Assembly (NCBI RefSeq): GCF_000025945.1 | Contig: NC_006138.1 | Span: forward strand, 2,760,001-2,792,000 | DNA: 32,000 bases | Reading direction: 5' to 3' | Source of the DNA: Desulfotalea psychrophila LSv54 | GTDB taxonomy: Bacteria; Desulfobacterota; Desulfobulbia; Desulfobulbales; Desulfocapsaceae | Part shown: positions 1 to 9,206 of the stretch, one piece after another | How the letters are laid out: each line of letters begins with the position of its first letter | How positions within the stretch are numbered: the first letter of the stretch is position 1 | The notes under the pieces: generated by a model | The model's input: only the letters and a program-made list of their open reading frames with translations | What the model was told of the DNA's origin: nothing | The model's database searches: none | Translations under genes and position numbers: made by a program

Positions 1-1
1 T

Positions 2-208
2 ACAGACACCTTTCGCCTCTTTAACCAGGACCCTGAAAACTATAGCTGGTGGAGTTATCGATTTAGTGCCAGAAGCAAGAATATAGGCTGGCGTATCGAC
101 TATTTCTGTGTCTCTGAAAATGGCCAAAAACGAATTGTTAATGCAGAGATCCTCCCCGAGGTCATGGGCTCTGACCACTGCCCCGTCCTCCTCGATTTTA
201 AGCAGTAG
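2..208 (+). CDS. xth: Exodeoxyribonuclease III / ExoA-family AP endonuclease, C-terminal 68 codons (5' part lies left of the window)
   Basis: The frame from nt 2 is open from the window edge and reads [68 protein letters not shown], then TAG at 206-208. WRIDY and SDHCPV (catalytic Asp-His) are the conserved ExoIII C-terminal motifs. Tracked ORF 108..383 is an out-of-frame shadow. Confidence 0.85.
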   Translation, partial: TDTFRLFNQDPENYSWWSYRFSARSKNIGWRIDYFCVSENGQKRIVNAEILPEVMGSDHCPVLLDFKQ

Positions 209-422
209 GGTCATGCAGGCGGGCAAGCACCTGCTCTTTCAGCTGTGGGGGAAAGCAAGTGTCCCAACAGCTGTACTATGGCCTGTTTATCGAGATAGAG
301 AGCCCCTCTGGGTAACAGAGAGAAGGTGCAGAGATAGCTGTTGGGCCCCTAAAATTGACGAGACATACTTAAAAGCGGCATAAGTGACCTTTACACTCAA
401 CAAGGGTTCCTACCGTTTCGTC

Positions 423-635
423 TCATCTCTTAATAAAAACTCTGCGAAGAGTATCCAAACAGGATGAACTCTTTTTTCGTGCACCCGTAACACCTTTTCG
501 CTTTTTCCAAGCTATTTTAGCAATTTGCATAGGACTAATATCAACTTTCGGTAAAAAACCATCAAGAGCACATAAACCACGATAACACTCCTCAAATAGG
601 ATACATGACCAGTGGTGAAATTCTCTTTTTTGCAA
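423..635 (-). CDS. Small hypothetical protein (TTG start; may really start at ATG 652 if one base is missing in the T6 run at 626-631)
   Basis: ORF track only. No SD and no recognisable motif. An upstream ATG (650-652) is one frame away across a homopolymer. Confidence 0.2.
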   Translation of the reverse strand: MQKREFHHWSCILFEECYRGLCALDGFLPKVDISPMQIAKIAWKKRKGVTGARKKSSSCLDTLRRVFIKR

Positions 636-704
636 AATATTGCAGCTGACATCGTCTTTACAGTATACGAGTTAAGCTGCTTATGATTTAAGGGAGAAAA
701 AAAG

Positions 705-3191
705 ATGAATAAACAAAAAGAATCCAGCACCAGGTCACAAAACAATAAAGCACCAGTAAAAAGAAAAACACACAGAAGAAAATCGCGTTCATCACGTCAC
801 AAAAGCCCATTTTTTTTATTTTTGACCCTGTTAATAGCTTTTGCAGGCATATCAACCGCTGTTTTTTTTATACGCCCTATAGATCTTTTTAGCCGATATA
901 TTGCACTCACTGACACGATAGAAATGGTTTTGACAGAAAAGTATAACATTCTGCAAACAAATGGTTTTTTAGCAAATACAGGAGATGATCTCAATGCAAA
1001 AAACTTTTTACATCGTTTACAAGAAAGGGGTTATACCAGGGTCAATCATCACCCAAAAATGGCTGGCACGTTTAACATTGAGGGAAATATTCTTTACCTC
1101 TACACCCATGCCAACCAAGGCCTAAGCTCTGGAAAACGCTATAAGTTCACTCTGCAAAAGTCCATACTTACATCTATCTCTTCAGCTGCTGACAGTACCC
1201 TTCTTGAATCCCTAGCCTTCCCCCCTTTAAATTTAACATACTTTATAGATTCGGTGTGGGAGATCAGAACCCCAGTCTCATATGATGAAATTCCAGAAGA
1301 TCTGATCAATGCAGTCATCGCCACAGAAGATCAGAGCTTCTTCTCTCACTATGGTGTGGACGTAAAAGGTATTATAAGAGCCACTCTATCAAATCTGCAA
1401 GCTGGCAGAGTTGTTCAAGGTGGGAGCACCATTACCCAGCAACTCGTCAAGGTGCTCAGTAAAAATGATGAACGAAGCCTGTCACGTAAGCTTCGTGAAG
1501 CCATTCTTGCCCTTATGGTTGATTATCAATATTCTAAACAAGAAATCCTCACTGCATATTTAAATAATGTCTATCTGGGGCATGCCTCACCATTCGAACT
1601 CCGTGGTATTGCAGCAGCTTCTGACTATATTCTTGGTAAGGATCTTAAAAATCTCAACCTCAAAGAATGTGCTATCATAGCGGGATTAATACGTTCACCA
1701 AATTCAGCATCCCCATTGCGTAACCACAGCTTTGCCGCCCAACGAACTCAGACTGTCTTAAACCAGATGGCAAATATGGGAGACAGTCTTGCTGCTGAAA
1801 CCCAAGTGAAAGACAAACTTATTCGTATTAAACATAAAAGCATTCTGCATAAAATGAGTTGGTATTTTGACCAGATTGCTAAAGAAATAAAATTACGAAA
1901 ACTTGATACCAGCGACCATACCAGACACCTTACAATCCAGACACCGCTTGATCCCTGGATGCAGATCAGTGCCACCAAAGTGCTCAAACAACAACTGAAC
2001 AAGCTCGACCCCGTTTCAGCAAACAAGCAAAAACCACTGCAGGGGGCAACAGTCATCCTGGATCCATATTCCGGCGGGGTCAAGGCACTGGTTGGCGGCC
2101 GCGATTACCTCAAAAACTCGTTTAATAGAGCTGTCGATGCACAAAGGCCGATGGGATCACTGATAAAACCATTCATCTATCTGACAGCTCTTGGGGGTAT
2201 AGATGCGGCAGGATTCATCACCCAGGCTGATACGGTAAATGATTCACCTATTACTGTTGGACAGGGAAAATCAAAGTGGAAACCGCATAACTACGATAAA
2301 AAATATTTAGGGAAAATTACAATCAGAAAGGCGTTGGCAGATTCTAGAAATATCCCCGCAGTCAAGATTGGACAGCGTATTGGCGTAGAAAAATTCCTTC
2401 CGGTTTTACGAAAGACAGGGATTACTGAAATACAGCAAGCTTATCCTTCAATTTTTCTCGGTGCTGTAGAAACAAGTCCCCTTAAAATTGCGGGCAGTTA
2501 CGCAACAATTGCAAATGGTGGAAACTTCACCAAACCACACCTTATAAATAAAATTTTCAAGGACGACACACTCATATATTTTCAGCAACCTGCTCAAGCA
2601 CTCTTTTCGCCAGCTACCTGTTATATCATGACAGATATGCTGCAAAACGCCCTCAACAATGGCACAGGAAAGAGAAGCAGAAAATATGGTTTCACCCATC
2701 TTGGAGCAGGTAAAACCGGAACGACAAATGCTGGACGAGATTCATGGTTTGCAGGTTATACCAATTCTCTGGTTACGGTCACGTGGGTAGGAAAAGATAA
2801 CAACAGCCCAACCAAATTAACTGGTTCTTCTGGTGCCCTTAAAATCTGGTCTTCCACAATGCAGGATATCCTTGGTCAAGGAAGAGATAAGGATTTTACG
2901 ACACCTACAGGCATTGAAACAGCCGAGATTAATTCAGCCACCGGGCAAAAAGCTAGCCTCTTTGACACCAACGTGGAATCAATGGCATTCATCCTTGGCA
3001 CTGCCCCTACCGCAATAGACAATAATGAATATATCCGCCAACAGTTCGTGGCCATTAAAAAGACCCTTCATCTAGAAAACTTAAAGAAAACACACAAAAC
3101 CCTGCTTAAAGGTGGGAGTGAAAATATTTCTGATTACACATCCTGGATGTCAGAGCAGTATGAAAAAACGAAAAATTGGCTCACCCAATGA
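705..3191 (+). CDS. Class A (bifunctional glycosyltransferase/transpeptidase) penicillin-binding protein
   Basis: AAGGGAG SD before the ATG. Basic N-terminus plus one TM. GT51 motifs ATEDQSFFSHYGVD, GGSTITQQLVK, RKLREA. Transpeptidase motifs SLIK (SxxK), SRN, KTGTT. Confidence 0.9.
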   Translation: MNKQKESSTRSQNNKAPVKRKTHRRKSRSSRHKSPFFLFLTLLIAFAGISTAVFFIRPIDLFSRYIALTDTIEMVLTEKYNILQTNGFLANTGDDLNAKNFLHRLQERGYTRVNHHPKMAGTFNIEGNILYLYTHANQGLSSGKRYKFTLQKSILTSISSAADSTLLESLAFPPLNLTYFIDSVWEIRTPVSYDEIPEDLINAVIATEDQSFFSHYGVDVKGIIRATLSNLQAGRVVQGGSTITQQLVKVLSKNDERSLSRKLREAILALMVDYQYSKQEILTAYLNNVYLGHASPFELRGIAAASDYILGKDLKNLNLKECAIIAGLIRSPNSASPLRNHSFAAQRTQTVLNQMANMGDSLAAETQVKDKLIRIKHKSILHKMSWYFDQIAKEIKLRKLDTSDHTRHLTIQTPLDPWMQISATKVLKQQLNKLDPVSANKQKPLQGATVILDPYSGGVKALVGGRDYLKNSFNRAVDAQRPMGSLIKPFIYLTALGGIDAAGFITQADTVNDSPITVGQGKSKWKPHNYDKKYLGKITIRKALADSRNIPAVKIGQRIGVEKFLPVLRKTGITEIQQAYPSIFLGAVETSPLKIAGSYATIANGGNFTKPHLINKIFKDDTLIYFQQPAQALFSPATCYIMTDMLQNALNNGTGKRSRKYGFTHLGAGKTGTTNAGRDSWFAGYTNSLVTVTWVGKDNNSPTKLTGSSGALKIWSSTMQDILGQGRDKDFTTPTGIETAEINSATGQKASLFDTNVESMAFILGTAPTAIDNNEYIRQQFVAIKKTLHLENLKKTHKTLLKGGSENISDYTSWMSEQYEKTKNWLTQ

Positions 3192-3429
3192 AGCTCTTTT
3201 ACCAGCAGAATATGTGGTTTGGACTTAAGAAGATGAAGCGCGCCCCTGGTTTTGTAGACATTCCTGAGTCATAAGAGACGACTGACAACTTTCGCAAAAA
3301 GTTGTTTCATCAGCATTTGCATAGCCGTAGCTTATACATATTTTGCACATATTTCTTACTCTTTGAATCTCTTTTTAAATTTTTACTGTTTTTCAAATAT
3401 CCTACGAATAGTACCTAATAGGCAAAAAG

Positions 3430-4236
3430 CTATTTACAGCCAAAGATTGACAGAAAAACAGAACGGAGATTATGGCAAGGCTGAACCAACACCGCACTTA
3501 CATTATCTTTTCCACCAGCATCAAGCGCCTTTCCAATAAGCTTTTGCACCACTTTTTTGCCAGTTTTCGCTAAATTTAAAACAGCAGTGATTTCATCTGC
3601 ACAAATCATTCCATACAGGCCATCACTACAGAGCAGAAATTGATCTCCTTGCTGAAGTTCATAAACATCAACAACTGTTCTTTTAAGACTATCTCGCTTA
3701 CCGCCAATTGCCTGACTGAGCACATGCCTCAGATGATGACGGACAGCCTCTTCAGCAGTCAATCGACCCATATTCACATAGCGTTGAACTTCAGTTTGAT
3801 CTTCAGTGAGTTGCTCAAGAATTTTGTTTCTTACTCTGTAAATACGGCTATCACCTACCTGAACCGTGTACGCTCTGTTCTTTCGTATAAGCAGAAGGGA
3901 GAGCGTTGAACCCATTCCAAATAAATGAGGTTTTTCTTTGCCCAGAGATAATATCTTTTTGTTTATTTTATAGACGATTTTCTCCAGCAAAAAGCAAATA
4001 TCTTTTTCCTCTACCGTCTCTTGGGCTTCAATATCTTTAATATGTTGAAAATATTGTTTTTCCACTTCAAAACAAATTATCCTACTTGCTGTTTCACCAG
4101 CAGCATAGCCACCCATTCCATCTGCTACCGCATATAATGTGCCCTGTTCAGGATCTTTATCAGCTATAACAAAACAATCTTCATTATTATCTCTGCTCAA
4201 TCCCTTATCTGTTAATGCATATGCTTTAAAATCCAT
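3430..4236 (-). CDS. PP2C-family Ser/Thr protein phosphatase
   Basis: MDFKAYALTDKGLSRDNNEDCF..ADGMGG..GGKDNVSAVLV are the PP2C metal-binding motifs. I prefer the ATG at 4236 (family-typical N-terminus) over the tracked GTG at 4317. The start is uncertain. Confidence 0.85.
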   Translation of the reverse strand: MDFKAYALTDKGLSRDNNEDCFVIADKDPEQGTLYAVADGMGGYAAGETASRIICFEVEKQYFQHIKDIEAQETVEEKDICFLLEKIVYKINKKILSLGKEKPHLFGMGSTLSLLLIRKNRAYTVQVGDSRIYRVRNKILEQLTEDQTEVQRYVNMGRLTAEEAVRHHLRHVLSQAIGGKRDSLKRTVVDVYELQQGDQFLLCSDGLYGMICADEITAVLNLAKTGKKVVQKLIGKALDAGGKDNVSAVLVQPCHNLRSVFLSIFGCK

Positions 4237-4517
4237 AATAAACAATTTGTTATGGTAATAATTGCTAAATATATGCTTCCCCAAAACCCGCAACTTCTGC
4301 CTGGTCAAGGTGGGCACGGATATAATCCATTAATCTTTCACGAGAATATGGTGAGTGGTGGCCTTACCTCCACCAGCGAATGCCTCAAGCCAGCTCAATA
4401 TTAGTCAGCAAAATATTCCTCCAACCACCATATAATCAGGAAATGGGATTGAGCTTACGACGGAGGCACAGCTACCACAGTTTTTTTTGCAAAACATTTA
4501 TATCAAGAGGACAAGAC

Positions 4518-5660
4518 TTACACTTCATGACCGAGCTCCTTATCTATTTTCACTAAGCCCCCCCTCACCTCAGCCATGGATCTTGGTCGATTTACGGGCT
4601 CTACATCGAGACATTTTTGTAACAGAACGTCCAATGCAGGCGGTACATGCTGGTTAAGATCGGCGAGAGCAGGATAGACACCTTGCGGAAAGTATTTCTT
4701 TGAAATCAGGCGATAGATGACCACGGCCAGAGAATATATATCTGTCCTGAAATCTACCAGGCTTGGATTGTTTCTTTGCTCTGGTGAAGAATAAAATTCA
4801 GTCGCCAACACACTGCCAACTCTGGTCAATTCATCTCTACCATCTGATTTACAAATTCCGAAATCACAAAGTTTTATTGAAATAAGGTTCTGTTCTGGTT
4901 CATATTTGTTCAACAAGAGGTTCGATAATTTCACATCGCGATGAATAACGCCCTGTTGATGGATTACCTCAAGTGCCTCAGCTGCCTGCATAGCCGTTTG
5001 CATGGCAAATTTAAGAGAAAAGTCACTCTCCTTAAACACCGTATTAACCCCCCCGAGCTCATGAAAATCCATGACAAGATATCCACCACCCATATGAAGA
5101 CCAGATTCATAAACCTTAATAATATGGGGATGACTAAATTTTTTTGTGGTTTCACACTCTCTTCTAAATCTCTCACATACAGTTTCAGATGAAAAAAACT
5201 CTTTTCGCAAAAATTTTATAGCCACGTCCCGAGAATCTTTTTTCCTCACAGCTCTAAAGACAACACTCATCCCTCCTTGACCGATCTGCTCACAGACCTC
5301 ATATTTACTGCTAAATTGCAATTCGCCCTGATCGCTATCATAACTCCTCTCCAGCGACTTAAGATCATTCCACAAAGCCTGCAGTTGAGCATCACCAACG
5401 GGGGGCATAGTCATTCTTAACAGATCAGCGCCAAGAAGCCTCTTGCCTCGTAATCTATTTTGTAATCGTTTAATTTCTGATGAAAAAAACGGGTTGGACG
5501 TATTGTTATAAATAGAGCTAAGTTCGCCAAGGAGATGGTTTGCATCTATCCGATTCGATCGAGCATCATCATGCAGAGATGAAAATATTTCAGTGGCCTT
5601 AGCTCGATCATTCGCTGCCACAGCAAGTTGTAACAGCGAAATCTTTTCGGTTATATTCAT
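4518..5660 (-). CDS. Hanks-type Ser/Thr protein kinase, soluble (about 110-aa helical N-terminal region, no TM or PASTA)
   Basis: Kinase motifs: G-loop GQGGMSVV, VAIK lysine, HRDVKLSNLLL catalytic loop, DFG, SPE. Confidence 0.9.
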   Translation of the reverse strand: MNITEKISLLQLAVAANDRAKATEIFSSLHDDARSNRIDANHLLGELSSIYNNTSNPFFSSEIKRLQNRLRGKRLLGADLLRMTMPPVGDAQLQALWNDLKSLERSYDSDQGELQFSSKYEVCEQIGQGGMSVVFRAVRKKDSRDVAIKFLRKEFFSSETVCERFRRECETTKKFSHPHIIKVYESGLHMGGGYLVMDFHELGGVNTVFKESDFSLKFAMQTAMQAAEALEVIHQQGVIHRDVKLSNLLLNKYEPEQNLISIKLCDFGICKSDGRDELTRVGSVLATEFYSSPEQRNNPSLVDFRTDIYSLAVVIYRLISKKYFPQGVYPALADLNQHVPPALDVLLQKCLDVEPVNRPRSMAEVRGGLVKIDKELGHEV

Positions 5661-5772
5661 AAGAGGGCTTTAAGAGAAAAAAATTAGGTTTTGCCAACAC
5701 AGACATCTTTTTTCAACAATTTGGACAAATTTTTTCTGCTGTATCAAATTCCTGCTTGCAGGTAGAACAGAG

Positions 5773-8037
5773 CTACACCTTCTCCCCACCACCCGGATTT
5801 ATTGCAACTCCAGCTGACGAGCCGGTCTGACTTGATGCGACATTTCCCATCTGCTGCACGGACCTATCAGCCATTCGTTCAACTCGATCAGCGACATGTC
5901 TTTCTGCTTGAGCAAGACCCTGTTGTTGGCCACCTACGCTTTCCATCCCCTGATTGAACATTCTTTCATTCCGATTAGCGGCATCTTTATGCACTGAGGA
6001 AAGTTGCTCCGTAGAACTCTTCATCTGAAAAATCATCCGTTCGTACAGATCTTTCACCTCGCCGCTCTGTGAATTCTTTGCTTTTTCTTCAAGGGCACGA
6101 CCAAGGGCGGCGGGATCGTTCATGGCAAGAATTTCTTCTGCGCTCATCCCTTTGAGTATTTCTGTTTGAGCAAGATCGCCTAAAATCCCGGCCTGACCAT
6201 CACCGGACACAGAAATGAGTTGAGCAGTAGACATGGTGGCAATATCAGCACGTTTTTCCCTATCAATCTGGCTAGAAAAACGCTTCTCTTCAAGGCGCAT
6301 TTTATGGTTCTCCACCTCTTCTTTCATACGCATTTCATATTTACCAAGTGCAAGTTCCTGCTCATGAAGATCATTCTCAAATTTATCGGCCCTCTTGATG
6401 GCCTTCATCTTTTCAAGATTTGATAAGCCTAGCTGTGATTTAAGACGTTTTTCCTCAAGTTCAAGTGTAGCAAACCCATGGCGAGCTTTTGCCTTATCGT
6501 GCACATTTTCTATGGTTAAATCGAGCTCGGCCTTCTTCATCTCAAGATCTTTAAGATGTTTCTGGACTTCTATCTCTTTTTCACCAAGTTCTTTCACCTC
6601 TTTTTTTGCAAGCTCAGCCTTTTCTCGCAACAATTCTACTTCAGCCTCTTGCTGAGATGTTTTGAGCCGTGAATTTTGTTTCACTTCAACGGCTACAAGT
6701 TCCTGCTTTATCTGTTCCACTTGTAATGAACCATCATTAATAATGGCAAGTTTATCCAGATCAAACTGCTGTTGTTCCTCAACTTTCCGAACAAGAAAGC
6801 TTCGATCCCGACCCTTATCCTCATCCTGCCAGCGCAGCTCATCAGCAAATATTTTTTTCTCTGCTGCATCAAGTACCTGATCACGATCAATCTCCAGCAT
6901 AAACTTACGTACTTCTTCATCAGTCTTAACCTGAGAGATATCTGCCTCTTTTATTTTCTGGTAGACCTCAAGCCTTTTCTCAATGATCTCGACACTCTTT
7001 TTCTTGAAATCAACATCCTGATGTTCTTTTTTCAACTCGAAATCATTATCCAGACCACGATCCTGCAATGAAACCGATTGAGTATCGACCTTTATACCCA
7101 TATCACTTTTAGCACCTACAATATCACCACGCTTGATTTCACGATGTAACTCTTCATTCTCCTGGTTTTGTTTAGCTACATGAAAGGCATCCTGCGCCTC
7201 TGCCTGCACTGCTCTTGTGCTTGTTTTACGCTCAGAATGAGCCTTTGCGCTGGTATCGAGTGTGCTATTGCCAATCTGTAAAGACCTCACCTGACCAAAG
7301 CCAAAACCACTTCTGGTAAAACTTTTTCTAAAATGTGATTCAATTCGAACGGCAAGCTCATTCTTAACCTTCAAATTTGTATCCAACTCATCAAATGAAT
7401 AGGCAACAAGCCCCTCCTGAATTGCATTACGAATCTCGCCAAGAAGCATGGCACGAAGTTCATGGTTTTTTAAAACACCCTGCTCCTTCATCACATTAAC
7501 AAAAAAGGCATTCGCATCTTCCAGTCTGATGACAATTTCTGTGCTGATACTGACAAAAATATTATCATTCGTTTTCATGTCGTCGATTTTAAACGGCAGA
7601 ACAATGTCACCCGCATCGACGAGGAGTGCAGAAAGATTTTTCTGCTTCTTGAAAAGCTTGTTCAAAAAGCCACCTTCCTGAATCGTATAGCGACCCGATT
7701 CTGCAGTTTCAACCAATCTACCATCTTCAAAAAAAAGGGCTTTTGTTCCGTGTCGTACCTCAAAACCCTTACTGCCACTTACAAGATGTGTTGCCGAAAC
7801 TTTGGCCGCAAAATCATCATCACCACGAATCCAAGCGACAACATCACTCTCAACCGTGGCACTGGTTCGCATATCATATCCACATTGACCACAAAAATTA
7901 CCGGAAGGCACATCTGCACCACACTTTGGGCAGGCATAATTAACACCAGTTGATTTGCCACAATAACCACAAAAGATGGCACCTGGTTTAATGTTCTGCC
8001 CACAGTGAAAACATAAACTTTGATTGATATTGCTCAT
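5773..8037 (-). CDS. Double zinc-ribbon / SPFH (Band 7_1, YdjI-like) / long coiled-coil protein
   Basis: N-terminus CFHCG..CGYCG and CPKCG..CGQCG. Residues about 65-265 follow the SPFH/Band_7_1 pattern (VVAWIRGDD..GTKALFFEDGRLVE..GRYTI..). About 450 aa of E/K/Q-rich heptad-like sequence follows. GGAG sits upstream of the ATG. The SPFH call is by eye only. Confidence 0.7.
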   Translation of the reverse strand: MSNINQSLCFHCGQNIKPGAIFCGYCGKSTGVNYACPKCGADVPSGNFCGQCGYDMRTSATVESDVVAWIRGDDDFAAKVSATHLVSGSKGFEVRHGTKALFFEDGRLVETAESGRYTIQEGGFLNKLFKKQKNLSALLVDAGDIVLPFKIDDMKTNDNIFVSISTEIVIRLEDANAFFVNVMKEQGVLKNHELRAMLLGEIRNAIQEGLVAYSFDELDTNLKVKNELAVRIESHFRKSFTRSGFGFGQVRSLQIGNSTLDTSAKAHSERKTSTRAVQAEAQDAFHVAKQNQENEELHREIKRGDIVGAKSDMGIKVDTQSVSLQDRGLDNDFELKKEHQDVDFKKKSVEIIEKRLEVYQKIKEADISQVKTDEEVRKFMLEIDRDQVLDAAEKKIFADELRWQDEDKGRDRSFLVRKVEEQQQFDLDKLAIINDGSLQVEQIKQELVAVEVKQNSRLKTSQQEAEVELLREKAELAKKEVKELGEKEIEVQKHLKDLEMKKAELDLTIENVHDKAKARHGFATLELEEKRLKSQLGLSNLEKMKAIKRADKFENDLHEQELALGKYEMRMKEEVENHKMRLEEKRFSSQIDREKRADIATMSTAQLISVSGDGQAGILGDLAQTEILKGMSAEEILAMNDPAALGRALEEKAKNSQSGEVKDLYERMIFQMKSSTEQLSSVHKDAANRNERMFNQGMESVGGQQQGLAQAERHVADRVERMADRSVQQMGNVASSQTGSSAGVAINPGGGEKV

Positions 8038-8079
8038 ATTTTTTATATCTCCAGTTCTGGTTACAAAGATACTGCCTAA

Positions 8080-9031
8080 TTATGCCCGGCCAGCAACATT
8101 GTTATATGATTTATTTCGACAATTTTTCAATTCATTGGCAACTTCATTAAGACTTACCTCTGCCGAGGAATCGTTTCCTCTATTAACGTTTTTCAAAAGC
8201 TTTTCGCTCTGAACTTGCAGGTTACGCACAAGTCCCTGCATAAATTTATTATGTTTTTCAATTTTTCTTTTATCCTGTGAAGCAACTCCATCTTTGTGTA
8301 AACCTGGGTGTTGCTCGATGGAAAACAGTAGACTTTCAAGTTCCTCCTGTTGGTCCTTCACTTTTACAGCAAAGCTGATCTTCTTATTTTCGACCAAGAC
8401 GTCATGCACTCTTTTAAGATTATCTCTGGTTTTTTTAAGCTCCATGGCGATGGAAAGCTGAGCTGTACCATTATGCTCAACTGCCTTTGAAACCATGCGT
8501 CGTTGTTTTGCCCTGTTCATCGTAAAAAATAATATGACAAGTAAAAGAACACCAAACAAAACAGCAAGATACTTTATAACAGGCAACAAATAATACGCAT
8601 TAAAACTTCTTGAAAATGCCACCTGTTCTGTAGCCGTGTTTTCCATTGCAAGAAAGACTTCTGCATATGCAAAAACCGGGTAGTCAACAATCTTTATAAC
8701 TTTACCATCTACTATCCAGCCACCTTCTCTACCTGCGCTGTCTCAGGCTGGATGTGTTCGGCAACAGTGTAATTAGTGGGCAAGGCAATAGATGTGCTAA
8801 GCATACTTATGAAGTCACCCTGGTCATCGACAATAGAATCACCCACAATATCTGGTAAACAGGGTCATCAGGCATCTCCATCACTACCTGTCTGGCAATA
8901 TCTGCATACACTATCTGAATAGGATCACTTCCCGGTTGCGGAAACGAGCCTGAGCTGTCTCCATAAACCAGAGAGACAGACAAGGACATGATGGCGATAC
9001 ATAACAAAATCTGCTGATAGAGTAATCTCAT
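8080..9031 (-). pseudogene. Signal-peptide / periplasmic / TM / cytoplasmic coiled-coil protein interrupted by two 1-nt frameshifts (tracked as ORFs 8807..9031 and 8080..8646)
   Basis: ORF 8807..9031 starts with a signal peptide (MRLLYQQILLCIAIMSLSVSLVYG). An intermediate frame is open 8712-8864 (..PDIVGDSIVDDQGDFISMLSTSIALPTNYTVAEHIQPETAQVEKVAG). The frame of 8080..8646 is open upstream of its Met (WIVDGKVIKIVDYPVFAYAEVFLA-MENT..), and that Met has no SD. Confidence 0.5.
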
Positions 9032-9206
9032 GAAATCTCCCCAGATAAAGAATTTTTTAATATGTTTTTCATTAAATTAAAGTGGTTAAGCTAAAACAGC
9101 CTGCTGTACAGCTTCAAGCTGTATACTAGACGAGCTTACAATATCTTTTCTGCATTTTTTATTTTAAACCTGCAAACCTTGCCTCCACCCCACCGTCTCA
9201 CCGGCC

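Noticed and set aside
108-383. Tracked 91-aa ORF overlapping the xth 3' end, and its twin at 19692..19898
   Set aside because: Both are out of frame with a clearly conserved xth reading frame. They resemble each other only because the DNA is duplicated.
4405-4497. 30-codon Cys-rich ORF (MFCKKNCGSCASVVSSIPFPDYMVVGGIFC) between the kinase and phosphatase genes
   Set aside because: It has no SD, is very short and has no supporting conservation visible here. It could be real, but I cannot support it.
6220-7071. Series of plus-strand ORFs antisense to the coiled-coil gene (similar shadows lie inside other long genes, e.g. 10263..10670 and 11218..11538)
   Set aside because: They are low-complexity Ser/Phe/Leu-rich translations of the complement of an E/K-rich coding region. 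They have no starts with an SD and are fully nested in strong genes.
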